Shown: positions 1 through 8,406 of the stretch, one piece after another
Layout of the letters: every line of letters starts with the position of its first letter
Position numbering within the stretch: the first letter of the stretch is position 1
DNA from: Planctomycetota bacterium
GTDB taxonomy: Bacteria > Planctomycetota > Phycisphaerae > UBA1845 > UTPLA1
Direction: 5' to 3'
Assembly: GCA_043813895.1 (NCBI GenBank)
Contig: JBDRKQ010000225.1
Location: 1-17,330, forward strand
DNA: 17,330 nt
Made by a program: the position numbers and the translations under genes
Notes under the pieces: generated by a model
The model's database searches: none
Told to the model about the DNA's origin: nothing
The model's input: only the letters and a program-made list of their open reading frames with translations

Positions 1-883
1 CCATCAACGTCGCCGTCGGCCACGTGCTCGGATCGATCCACCAGTTCAGTTCGTCGCCCACGGTCAAGGACTGCCGGCCCAGTTCGGCGTCTTCTAGCAT
101 GTAGTAAAAACCGATTCGGGGGTTTTCCGCCGGGTCGAAGCCGTGCAGCACGCGGGCCGGAAGGTGGGCCGTCAAAGAGTAACCGGTCTTCCCGGCCTGC
201 GCGGCAATCGGGATAACGCCGGGCTTCACGATCGGGGCGTCCTGCGTCGCGCGATGGACCAGGGCGCTGCCCGCGACGGGCCCACGCTGCTCGGGCTTGC
301 CACCGGTGGGCAGGAAGTAGAACTGCTGGCAGAACTTGGTCGCGCGGCGGATGTTCCGCGTATCGCGCATGTCCGTCATCAACCGGAGGTTGTCGGACTT
401 CCAATAGGTCGCCGGATCGCACCGCGGCGGACGCGACTTGCCCTCGACCTGGCAAGCGATGTAGAGGCCGTCCGCGTTCCAGGCGGCATACACGGCGCCG
501 AAGCCCCCCTCGCCGTCCAGCTCGTGCAAGGGCGGGATGAGAAACTTCGGGGCCCAGCGTTCGGCCCGGCCGTCGATCTTCGGCGCGCGAGCGCAACGAT
601 AGAGCGGGAACTCGAACTTGAAGAGGAACCGGTTGGGGATGAGCTCCGGCATGTTGGTCGCCGCGCGGGGGTCCTTGTTGAAATACACGCTGGTGCGAGA
701 ATCCTTTCTCGCGCCCGCCCTGGCGAGAATCTTTTCCCGCACCCTCACAGGATGGGAATCCTGCGCAGGAAGGTGCGAGATGGTAATCTCGCGCCAGCGG
801 CTCCGCCAGCCCGTGCCACCCCGGTTGAGCACGTACTCGGCCGAGGCCGGGGGCTCTTGGCCGGAGCACTTGTCGGACGCCAT
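1..883 (-). CDS. Hypothetical protein, CBM9/DOMON-like (PKIDG..W motif); partial, 3' end lies beyond the window start; translationally coupled to the upstream FtsX permease (TGA-CGG-ATG)
   Basis: Manual reverse-strand translation from ATG at 883..881 gives about 294 codons with no stop and very high GC3: MASDKCSGQEPPASAEYVLNRGG...APKIDGRAERW...GFYYMLEDAELGRQSLTVGDELNWWIDPSTW... It is not in the ORF track because it has no in-window stop. The '+' ORFs 143..1081 and 618..1277 are its Arg-rich antisense shadows. Confidence 0.6.
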   Translation of the reverse strand, partial: MASDKCSGQEPPASAEYVLNRGGTGWRSRWREITISHLPAQDSHPVRVREKILARAGARKDSRTSVYFNKDPRAATNMPELIPNRFLFKFEFPLYRCARAPKIDGRAERWAPKFLIPPLHELDGEGGFGAVYAAWNADGLYIACQVEGKSRPPRCDPATYWKSDNLRLMTDMRDTRNIRRATKFCQQFYFLPTGGKPEQRGPVAGSALVHRATQDAPIVKPGVIPIAAQAGKTGYSLTAHLPARVLHGFDPAENPRIGFYYMLEDAELGRQSLTVGDELNWWIDPSTWPTATLM

Positions 884-886
884 CCG

Positions 887-2119
887 TCAATCGTGCCGCA
901 GCGCTTCGATCGGATTCAGGCCCGCGGCGCGTCTGGCCGGCAGGAAGCCAAACGCGATACCGACGCCGGCACTGAACACAAACGCAAGGCCGATGAGCGG
1001 CGCGGACAGCATCGGCACGATGCCGCCGATCTTGTCGGCGATGAGCTGCGAGCCGAAGATACCGAGCAGGATGCCGACTGACCCCCCCGCGCTGGAGATC
1101 ACGGCCGCCTCGACTAAGAACTGCCTGTGTACGGCCTTCGTGGACGCGCCGATGGCCATGCGGATACCGATCTCGCGCGTGCGTTCCGTTACCGCGACGA
1201 GCATGATGTTCATGATCCCCACGCCGCCGACCATGAGCGCGACCAACGCGAGGAAGAACATCATCAGGGTCATTTGATTGCTGACCGTCCGGGCCTGTTC
1301 TTCTTTCTCTTTGAGGGTCGTGACTTTGAAGTCGTTTTCGTCCGTCTCCGGGAGTTTGTGGCGTTGGCGGAGCAGGCCTGTAATCTGCTCGACCGCGGCC
1401 TCAACCTCGGCGTCGCTCGTCGCGGAGGCGAGGATTACATTCGGCTCCTTGATGCCGATCAGGTCGCGCAACAGGATCGGCAGAGGGATGACGATCGTGT
1501 TGTCCTCGTCCATGCCGAGCGGGTTGAATCCCTTGGGCTCGAGGATGCCAACGACCTTGAACGTGAGCCGGCCAATCCGCACGCTGTGGTTGAGCGGGCT
1601 TCTGTCGCCGAATAGCTCGCGCTGCGAGGTCTCTCCGATGAGCGCGACGCGGCGCGGCGCGACGATATCAAAGGCCTCGAGGTCCCGGCCTTCGCTGATG
1701 CCCCAGTTGCGGATGGCCGTGTACCTGTGATTCGCCCCCGTGACGGGCACGTTGAAGTTGTTCACGTCACTGACGACCTGGAGGTTGAGCGCCTGCATCC
1801 CCGTGGTCGCGTCGACGGCGTCGCACTCCTGCTCGATCGCCTCGGCGTCGGCGCGCGAGAGCGCGCTGGAGAGGAGGCCCTCGCCGCCGCGGACCGAGCC
1901 GCTCTTTCGCGTGTCATGGCTGATGACGAACATCATGTTGCGGCCGGCCTTGCGGATGTCTTCGATCAACGACTCTTTGACGCCCTGGACAACGCTCACG
2001 ATGATGATCACGACCGAGACGCCCATGATCATGCCGATCATGGTCAGGAAGCTGCGGAGCTTGTGCCGCCACAGTTCCCGGAGTCCCATCTTGAAACACT
2101 CTATCCAAAGAGCCAGCAT
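887..2119 (-). CDS. ABC transporter permease, MacB/FtsX family (N-terminal TM, periplasmic MacB core domain, C-terminal FtsX 4-TM bundle)
   Basis: ORF 887..2182 (-). Likely true start is the ATG at 2119 (MLALWIECFKMGLRELWRHKLRSFLTMIGMIMGVSVVIII...), 8 nt after the ATPase stop. Typical MacB-like topology and the C-terminal FtsX motif region (...VAVTERTREIGIRMAIGAS...) are present. Confidence 0.9.
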   Translation of the reverse strand: MLALWIECFKMGLRELWRHKLRSFLTMIGMIMGVSVVIIIVSVVQGVKESLIEDIRKAGRNMMFVISHDTRKSGSVRGGEGLLSSALSRADAEAIEQECDAVDATTGMQALNLQVVSDVNNFNVPVTGANHRYTAIRNWGISEGRDLEAFDIVAPRRVALIGETSQRELFGDRSPLNHSVRIGRLTFKVVGILEPKGFNPLGMDEDNTIVIPLPILLRDLIGIKEPNVILASATSDAEVEAAVEQITGLLRQRHKLPETDENDFKVTTLKEKEEQARTVSNQMTLMMFFLALVALMVGGVGIMNIMLVAVTERTREIGIRMAIGASTKAVHRQFLVEAAVISSAGGSVGILLGIFGSQLIADKIGGIVPMLSAPLIGLAFVFSAGVGIAFGFLPARRAAGLNPIEALRHD

Positions 2120-2127
2120 GGGTCGCG

Positions 2128-2925
2128 CTAATCCTCCGTGGCACTCAGTACGCGGACGTCGGGCACCTCCGGGCCGCCGCAACGCGGCGTGGGTTGGTCC
2201 GCGATAATCTCGCCGTCCCGCAAGACGATCACTCTCTCGGTAAACGAAGCGATGCCCGGATCGTGCGTGACCATGATGATCGTTAGTTTCTCGCGTTCGT
2301 GGAGGTCCTTGAGGATCCGCATAATCTCCTCACTGGTGTGGGTGTCGAGGTTTCCGGTCGGCTCGTCCGCCAACAACATTCGCGGCGTGTTCACGAGCGA
2401 TCGCGCGATCGCGACGCGTTGCTGTTGCCCGCCGGAAAGCTCGGCGGGAACGTGGTTCGCGCGGTCGGCGAGATCGACGATTTCGAGCGCCTTCAGAGCC
2501 GCCTCGCGTCGTTGTCGGGCAGGCACACCGGCATACACCATGGGCAGTTCGCAGTTCTCCAGGGCCGTGCTACGCGCGAGGAGATTGAAGTTCTGAAAGA
2601 TGAAGCCGATATAGGTATTCCGCAGCTTGGCCAACTCGTCTCGGCTAAGCTCGCTGGAGACCTCGCCCGCGAGCCGGAATGTGCCCTGAGTCGGCACGTC
2701 CAGCGCGCCGAGGATGTTGAGCAGCGTGGATTTGCCCGATCCGCTGGCGCCCATGATGGCGACGTACTGCCCCTGCGGCACATCGACATCCAGGCCGCGC
2801 AAAGCGTGCACGTTGCCGGCCGGGTAAGTCTTGTGGAGGCCGCGCAGCTGGACGATGATCCTGACGTCGGGATCGTCCACGGTCGACACGATCTTCTTGG
2901 GCGGGGTTTCGAGTGTTTCGGCCAT
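2128..2925 (-). CDS. ABC transporter ATP-binding protein (MacB/LolD-type ATPase)
   Basis: Walker A GASGSGKST, Q-loop, ABC signature LSGGQQQRV, Walker B LLADEPT and H-loop VTHD are all visible in the 265-aa translation. Confidence 0.93.
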   Translation of the reverse strand: MAETLETPPKKIVSTVDDPDVRIIVQLRGLHKTYPAGNVHALRGLDVDVPQGQYVAIMGASGSGKSTLLNILGALDVPTQGTFRLAGEVSSELSRDELAKLRNTYIGFIFQNFNLLARSTALENCELPMVYAGVPARQRREAALKALEIVDLADRANHVPAELSGGQQQRVAIARSLVNTPRMLLADEPTGNLDTHTSEEIMRILKDLHEREKLTIIMVTHDPGIASFTERVIVLRDGEIIADQPTPRCGGPEVPDVRVLSATED

Positions 2926-2937
2926 GTGTAAGCGAGG

Positions 2938-4344
2938 CTAAAGGACGCGGTTCTCCGGTCTGGCGAGCTTCATCGTTTCTTTGAGACTGAATCCCGATTC
3001 GGACTTGTCGATCGCCTTCTTCACGAAGACGTCTCCAGGCTTTGCCCCCGCCAGAATCTCGGTGCTGATATTGTCGGTCACGCCGACCCAGAGCGGCGCG
3101 ACGGTCCAAGCCGAAGTCTCCTCGTCGAACCGCCAGGCGTGCGCCTTGGCGCAGTAAATCGCCTCGTCACCGTTCACGTCGGTGGCGGGCTTGGGGGGCC
3201 AAACTGCCGCATCGATCAAGGCTCGCCGATCTTCCAGTGTCAGGGGCGGCTTGAATCGCAGAGCCGCGTTCGCGAGCTGCGGGACCTCGGGCTTATCCAC
3301 GCAGATGATCTCGACGTTCACCGAGAGGCCGGGGATCAGCGTGTGGTGTTCATCATTGGCAACCTCGAAGTCCACGGTGTAGGTGACGACGTTCTGCAGG
3401 ATCTCGGGCTGGTTGTACTTATGCTTGATCTCGTCTTGAAACATGATCGGCTGGCGGGCCACCACCTCGAATCGCGTCGTCTGGCCGACCTCGATGTGAG
3501 AGATATCCGACTCACTGACCTTCGCACTGACCTTCATTCGACTCAGACTCGGGGCCAGCAGGTAGAGCGGCGGTGTCTGGAAGGTAGCGTTCACCGTGGT
3601 GCCGACGTCGAAATACTGTTTCAAGACGATACCGTCAATCGGTGAGCGAATCGTGCATCGATCGACCCGCGTCTTGGTAAAGTTCAGCCTGGCCTCGGCG
3701 AGTTGCAGAACCGCCGCGGCCTGTGCAACAGCCTGGTCGGCGCGGCCGGGGAGGATCTTCTCGTTATTCACCGCGAGCTTGTGTGCGGCGTCGGCGGCTT
3801 CAAGCGCGGCCTTGGCGCGAAGGTACCGCGCCTTCATCGCGACCCACTCCGTCTCGGCGGCATCACCGGATTCACGGAGCTTGTCCACGCGGTTCCAGGT
3901 GTACTCAGCGTCCACCAGGGCCGCTTCGGCTTCCTGCTTGCCCGCGAGCGCCTGTTGCGTGAGCACCGGGAGGTTCGCGATCTGCTCGTTCCGCGCGAGC
4001 TTGGAATCCTCCAGCACGCTCTTGGCCTTGGCGTCTTCGGCCAGGGATTGCTGGTTCTCCGCCTCGGCGAGTTCGGGGTCGATCCGGCAGATGATCTGGT
4101 CCTTCTTGACCGGCTCGTCCGGACCGACGAGTAGCTCGACGATCTTGCCGGTCACTTCACAGCCGACCTGGACGGTGCTCAAGGGCTCGACGGTTCCGCT
4201 CGTCTCGATCGTCATGGTGATGGGGCCGTTCTCGACGGTGGCGGGAATGATCTCCCAGTCTCCGGCGTCGTCATTGCAAACGGTCTGGGAAAGTACGATG
4301 CCGACCAGGATGACGACCACGGCTGCTATGATCCATTTTCGCAT
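2938..4344 (-). CDS. Periplasmic adaptor / membrane fusion protein, HlyD/MacA family
   Basis: ORF 2938..4428 (-). Likely start is the ATG at 4344 (MRKWIIAAVVVILVGIVL, an N-terminal TM anchor). It has a long coiled-coil Ala/Glu/Lys-rich middle section and beta-barrel/lipoyl-like flanks typical of HlyD-family adaptors. It sits immediately upstream of the ABC ATPase and permease genes. Confidence 0.88.
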   Translation of the reverse strand: MRKWIIAAVVVILVGIVLSQTVCNDDAGDWEIIPATVENGPITMTIETSGTVEPLSTVQVGCEVTGKIVELLVGPDEPVKKDQIICRIDPELAEAENQQSLAEDAKAKSVLEDSKLARNEQIANLPVLTQQALAGKQEAEAALVDAEYTWNRVDKLRESGDAAETEWVAMKARYLRAKAALEAADAAHKLAVNNEKILPGRADQAVAQAAAVLQLAEARLNFTKTRVDRCTIRSPIDGIVLKQYFDVGTTVNATFQTPPLYLLAPSLSRMKVSAKVSESDISHIEVGQTTRFEVVARQPIMFQDEIKHKYNQPEILQNVVTYTVDFEVANDEHHTLIPGLSVNVEIICVDKPEVPQLANAALRFKPPLTLEDRRALIDAAVWPPKPATDVNGDEAIYCAKAHAWRFDEETSAWTVAPLWVGVTDNISTEILAGAKPGDVFVKKAIDKSESGFSLKETMKLARPENRVL

Positions 4345-4510
4345 AGGCGGACCTTTGTCGTTCACTTGCCTACTTTGCTTGCGCTTGCCACAGCCGCGCA
4401 AGTTTAATGCAGAAGCGGCCCGCTGCAAACCGGGAGAGCAAGTTCGTGTGCGAATCGGCGTCCCAATGGAAGATAAAGGGATACGCCCCGTTGGCCGAGT
4501 GGTTCAGGTT

Positions 4511-5329
4511 TCACCGAATCGTGAGCCAGGGCCGAGAGAAGGCGAAGGTCGGCCAGAGAGGCGGGTCGTCGCGGGGGTGCAAGAACGGCGCGGCCTGACG
4601 CCGAGGAGAAGAACGGGGAGAACTCCGGACGATCCACTTCGAGATTTTGTCGCGGATGAATCTCCGGTTCGTGCAGTCGGCATGTCCGCCGGTCCAGCCG
4701 AGTCTGGAATCCGCGGCGGTGCGTCCGATGTTGACGATCCGGCCCGACGCCTTGCCGCGTCCTCGAAGGCCGACCAGCCCGGCGGAATCATCGTAGGTGC
4801 CGTCGATGGTGCCGAGAGTCCGCACCGGCCCCTGAAGGACGGGATCGCTGCTCGAGTAATAGACGTAGATACTGCCTTTCATGTTCGACAGGGCTTTGCG
4901 TGTGTCGTACTTGCTGGAGAGGCTCGATCCGACCAGGACGAAATTGTTCAGCTTATGGGGAGGGTGAATGTTCTCGATCGCCCAGATGCCTACGCCTGTG
5001 CCCGCGGACAGGGCGATGATGTTGGCGTCGGCGCCGGGATTGCGTTTGAGGTACTCCGTGATCTCCCCGCCCAAGGCCTGGCCGGATCCCTTCGCGATGA
5101 AGCGCAGCGTCTGGTCAAGCATCGGGTTGAATGTGAGCGACCAACGGTGATTCGAGACGACGCCCTTGTAGCCGGCATCCTCCAGGCCCAGCGGCACATC
5201 CAAGACGCCGAATCCCCAGTTTCCGGCGCCATCGATGTACCAGGTGCGTCCAAACTGCTCGCGGGGATCGGCACATCCGCTCAGCGTCGCCATCATCGCC
5301 AGACAGAAAAGAACCAGGCCTTGTTTCAT
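4511..5329 (-). CDS. Lipoprotein, putative alpha/beta-hydrolase (esterase/lipase-like, AXSXG motif ALSAG)
   Basis: ORF 4511..5350 (-). Start at ATG 5329 gives signal peptide MKQGLVLFCLAMMATLSGC with an LSGC lipobox. The motif IALSAGTGVGIW resembles a nucleophile elbow. The Pro/Ser/Arg-rich C-terminal tail is unusual. The family assignment is tentative. Confidence 0.65.
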   Translation of the reverse strand: MKQGLVLFCLAMMATLSGCADPREQFGRTWYIDGAGNWGFGVLDVPLGLEDAGYKGVVSNHRWSLTFNPMLDQTLRFIAKGSGQALGGEITEYLKRNPGADANIIALSAGTGVGIWAIENIHPPHKLNNFVLVGSSLSSKYDTRKALSNMKGSIYVYYSSSDPVLQGPVRTLGTIDGTYDDSAGLVGLRGRGKASGRIVNIGRTAADSRLGWTGGHADCTNRRFIRDKISKWIVRSSPRSSPRRQAAPFLHPRDDPPLWPTFAFSRPWLTIR

Positions 5330-5706
5330 GATTGTCGGTCCCATTTGCACATACCGGCTGCCCGCGACGCGGGGTTCCGATGGGGAGGCCGCATCTTACC
5401 CGACGAATCCCGGAAGAGGCAATCGGACCACCGCATATGTCGCCCTCAAGGATCCAAGACCCTTGCCCCATCACCCATTCGGCGGACTGCAACCGCGTTG
5501 CATCGCCCTCCGCTCGCGGGATCTGGAACCGGCTTGGCTGGACCCGGCGTTCTGACGGGTAGGGTGAACGTGGCAGTTTAGCGATCGGAACAACCATTCA
5601 GGCAACATCCGGTGGAATCGATGGTTATCTGTCTTGTCGGCCGTCCCAAAGGCCGGTCCTGATGCTATGGCACGATCTTGTGAAATCTGGCGCGTTGACC
5701 AAAACC

Positions 5707-5736
5707 TTGAACCGTGCGTCCCGTTTCTGGTAGCAT
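5707..5736 (+). promoter_or_regulatory. Candidate sigma70-type promoter (TTGAAC-N18-TAGCAT) for the PEP-CTERM gene
   Basis: Hexamers read directly: -35 at 5707..5712 and -10 at 5731..5736, in a 650-bp divergent intergenic region. This would give a leader of about 240 nt. Confidence 0.25.
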
Positions 5737-5795
5737 GGAGGCAATGTTGGCGGGGAGGACGTGCGCGGGATGTGTGCGAGCGCAATCGAGGCATC

Positions 5796-5833
5796 GTCTG
5801 ACTCACCAGTCAGACGTAGCCCGAAAGGAGGTG
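5796..5833 (+). promoter_or_regulatory. Perfect 8-bp-stem hairpin (GTCTGACT-cacc-AGTCAGAC) followed by a consensus SD-like AAAGGAGGTG with no usable start codon after it; candidate leader/regulatory element
   Basis: Inverted repeat at 5796..5815, AAGGAGGTG at 5825..5833. The nearest in-frame start candidates are badly spaced. The real gene start at 5981 has its own SD. Confidence 0.3.
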
Positions 5834-5980
5834 TGGCAGGCCGTCCGGTTGAATTGGAAAGTACCGGATGCGCCGATCCAAAACGGCTCGACTGTTGATT
5901 GCTGCCCGGCTGTTTCTGTGAGGCGATTGACCTCACCGGTCAGGCAGGAGGAGAATTGCTGGAAAGCAGGAGGTTTTGGC

Positions 5981-6592
5981 ATGGGGAAGTTACTTATTGC
6001 ATTTGCGGTCGTGGGCTTGGTTGCGCCGGCCGCGTTGGCGGACGATTTGAATCCGCCGACCTGGCGCGGAGATCCCGGCTCCACGTTCCAGCACTGGTAC
6101 GATTTTGCCAATGTTCTTGGGTGGGACATCGCTCCGGACGTCGAAGACAACCAATACGGCAACCCAAACTTGAATTCGCCGTACGGGGACTTCGAGGTGC
6201 TGCCCTCCTATCAAGGGCGCACGAACGTATTGCACGGGATCGACTGGGAGGAGTTCGAGCTCTTTATCCCCAACAACCCGATCGAGAACGACAGCAAGGA
6301 CATTCTCTTGCAGGTTGTCTGGCACTGGGATGGCCCTCCGGGGTACTCGTGGGACCCACAGCCCCCCATTATCGACTCGAGCCTCAACAATGACTTGGGC
6401 GGTGGCTGGTACTACGACTGGATCCTGTACCGGTATGATTACAACCCAGACAGTGAAATCCTGACGCTGACCAATGACTTCGGCGACGTGTACATCGATC
6501 AGATCGTGATCGACACGATCTGCATCCCCGAGCCGGCCACGCTGAGCCTGCTCGCGATAGGCGGGCTGGCATTGCTTCGACGCAGGCGCTAG
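5981..6592 (+). CDS. PEP-CTERM sorting-domain protein (secreted, exosortase substrate)
   Basis: The ATG at 5981 is preceded by GGAAAGCAGGAGG. Signal peptide MGKLLIAFAVVGLVAPAALA. C-terminus IPEPATLSLLAIGGLALLRRRR is a canonical PEP-CTERM: PEP motif, TM helix, then an Arg cluster. The ORF-track extension back to 5714 is not coding. Confidence 0.82.
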   Translation: MGKLLIAFAVVGLVAPAALADDLNPPTWRGDPGSTFQHWYDFANVLGWDIAPDVEDNQYGNPNLNSPYGDFEVLPSYQGRTNVLHGIDWEEFELFIPNNPIENDSKDILLQVVWHWDGPPGYSWDPQPPIIDSSLNNDLGGGWYYDWILYRYDYNPDSEILTLTNDFGDVYIDQIVIDTICIPEPATLSLLAIGGLALLRRRR

Positions 6593-6619
6593 GGCGACAG
6601 GATAGCCAATCCGCAATTC

Positions 6620-6655
6620 AAGGGCCGACCTGTGAAAGGGCCGGCCCTTTCTTTG
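6620..6655 (+). terminator. Rho-independent terminator after the PEP-CTERM gene
   Basis: Perfect 16-bp palindrome AAAGGGCCGGCCCTTT (6635..6650) followed by CTTT. An upstream AAGGGCCG offers an alternative pairing. Confidence 0.7.
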
Positions 6656-6921
6656 CCCGCTGCCCGGCGCGTGATTGGGCCGGGATCCCTTCTGCCACGT
6701 CACACCGTGGGAAGCCTGCCGCACGCAGGCATCGTCTGCTCGCGGTGGACGAATGAACGAAGCACCGGTAACAGACGGAGCTTTGCTGGATTCGCACGGG
6801 CCGTCGGACGATGCTGGTGAGGACAAGTCTTGGGTCCGGCGCGGTTGCCGAAAGCCCCTATACTATCGGTCGTCCGGAGCGATCCGCATGTCCGCCCGGA
6901 CGGTCTTTCTGGAAGCGTCTC

Positions 6922-8208
6922 ATGTCCGACGCCGCGCGGAGAGAGGATGCGAAACCGACGTCCGACTCGGCATCGACCGAGCGGCGATTGGTCTGTCCGC
7001 ACTGCAAAGCCTCTTATCGGTCACATCGCCCGACGGAGGGGCGGCGGGTCCGATGTCCGCACTGCGATCACGTGTGGCGCGACGACGCCGGCGCCGTGGG
7101 GAACGTGGCCGGGGCTCTGGGAGAAGCTGCGGCTGCCTGGGCGCGACTGGGCTCCACGCTCGTCACGGGAGAGACTGACGCGACGTCCGTCGGAGAATTG
7201 GCGCGGCAACTAGCCCGGCCCGCCGAGGTCGCCGCCAGCGAGTGGATCGGCAAAACACTCGGGCGCTACCGTGTCAAGGCCATCCTCGGCGAAGGGGCGA
7301 TGGGATACGTTTATGAAGCTCGGGACACGGACCTGAATCGGGTCGTTGCCCTAAAAGTCCTTCCGCGACGGGCTGTGCCTGGGCACGAGTCACTCGGTCT
7401 CAAGATGTTCCTGCAAGAAGCGAAGATCGCGGCGAAGCTCCAGCACCCGAACATCGTGACGGTGTACGAAGTCGGCGTGCAGGGTGACGTCCACTTCTTT
7501 GCGATGGAGTGCGTCGTCGGCACAACGCTGGCCAGGTTGATTTCAGACCACGGCCCACTGCCCGCAAAGCAGGTGTGCTACCTCATCGCTCGTGCCGCCC
7601 GAGCACTCGCCGCAGGCCACGCACTTGGGATTGTTCACCGTGACGTCAAGCCTGGCAACATCATGATCGACACGGCCGGTCACGTGAAGGTGACGGACTT
7701 CGGGCTGGCGGACGTTGCCGGCATCGAGGGCGTGAGTGAGTTGAGCGAGCGTCCTCTGGGTTCGCCGGGTTGGATATCTCCGGAGGTGGCGCGCGGGGAG
7801 CGGGCGAGCCCTGCCAGCGATATCTACGGCCTGGGCCTGACGTTGTACTACTGCATGACCGGCGACCGCCTTATCAAGGCGGACACCAAGAGCGGCATGC
7901 TTCGCTTGCAGCGTGAGGCGAAGAGCGCCGAGCGGAATCGCCTGCCGCGGAACTGGCCGCCGCGTCTGCGCGACATCACCGTGCAATGCCTCCAGGCGAA
8001 CGCGCAGGACCGTTACCAATCGGGCGAAATGCTGTCGGCGGATTTGCTGAGCGCATTGCGGCCGAGCGAGACGGACGTCACGGTGATCCTGGGCAACAGC
8101 GCTGAGAGGCAACCGAAGCTCGCGCCGCCGTTGTTGAGCTACGCCGCGTTGGCAGTCCTCCTAGCTGTAGCCACCGCATTGGCCGTCTGGTGGTGGTTGC
8201 TGCGGTAA
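6922..8208 (+). CDS. Serine/threonine protein kinase (Hanks-type) with N-terminal C4 zinc ribbon and C-terminal TM anchor
   Basis: N-terminus CPHCKASY...CPHCDH is a zinc ribbon. Kinase motifs: GxGxxG-like GEGAMGYV, VAIK-like VALKVL, HRDVKPGNIM, DFG, and SPE-like GWISPEV. C-terminal hydrophobic segment LLSYAALAVLLAVATALAVWWWLL. Start taken at ATG 6922 (MSDAARRED); the ORF-track start at 6811 is an upstream extension. Confidence 0.9.
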   Translation: MSDAARREDAKPTSDSASTERRLVCPHCKASYRSHRPTEGRRVRCPHCDHVWRDDAGAVGNVAGALGEAAAAWARLGSTLVTGETDATSVGELARQLARPAEVAASEWIGKTLGRYRVKAILGEGAMGYVYEARDTDLNRVVALKVLPRRAVPGHESLGLKMFLQEAKIAAKLQHPNIVTVYEVGVQGDVHFFAMECVVGTTLARLISDHGPLPAKQVCYLIARAARALAAGHALGIVHRDVKPGNIMIDTAGHVKVTDFGLADVAGIEGVSELSERPLGSPGWISPEVARGERASPASDIYGLGLTLYYCMTGDRLIKADTKSGMLRLQREAKSAERNRLPRNWPPRLRDITVQCLQANAQDRYQSGEMLSADLLSALRPSETDVTVILGNSAERQPKLAPPLLSYAALAVLLAVATALAVWWWLLR

Positions 8209-8406
8209 GCGCAACGATCGAAGACTCCACGCATCCCTCGCTTCTTGCATCCTCCTTGGCTCATCGTGCAGGCACGTCCCGCCGCGACAAGAGGACCAGC
8301 CCAACCCACCAACACACGGCCGCCGCCAAACTCGTCCCGTTCGCGCGTGCGCGACGCGGCTCGCCGTGATGGTCTCAGAAAGGTCGACCGATTCGACACG
8401 GGCGAT

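Noticed and set aside
143-1277. '+' ORFs 143..1081 (312 aa) and 618..1277 (219 aa)
   Set aside because: Both are Arg/Ala/Gly-rich and antisense to the high-GC3 minus-strand genes 1..883 and the FtsX permease. They are typical GC-driven shadow ORFs.
3596-5581. 661-aa '+' ORF spanning the adaptor gene, an intergenic region and the lipoprotein gene
   Set aside because: Ser/Ala-rich low complexity, with no domain logic. It lies antisense to two well-supported genes and crosses their intergenic spacer.
5666-5681. Sigma-54-like TGGCACG heptamer (a TGGCAC core also occurs in the 20-bp motif copies)
   Set aside because: None of the three sites has a GC dinucleotide at the correct -12 spacing (GG-N10-GC). 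This is not a valid sigma-54 promoter.
5714-5980. N-terminal extension of the PEP-CTERM ORF (ORF-track start 5714)
   Set aside because: The signal peptide begins at the M at 5981, which has its own SD. The upstream part is a leader with a hairpin and has no protein-like composition.
5789-6738. 12-mer AGGCATCGTCTG present at about 5789 and about 6727
   Set aside because: Repeats of 12 nt are expected by chance many times in 17 kb of GC-biased sequence.
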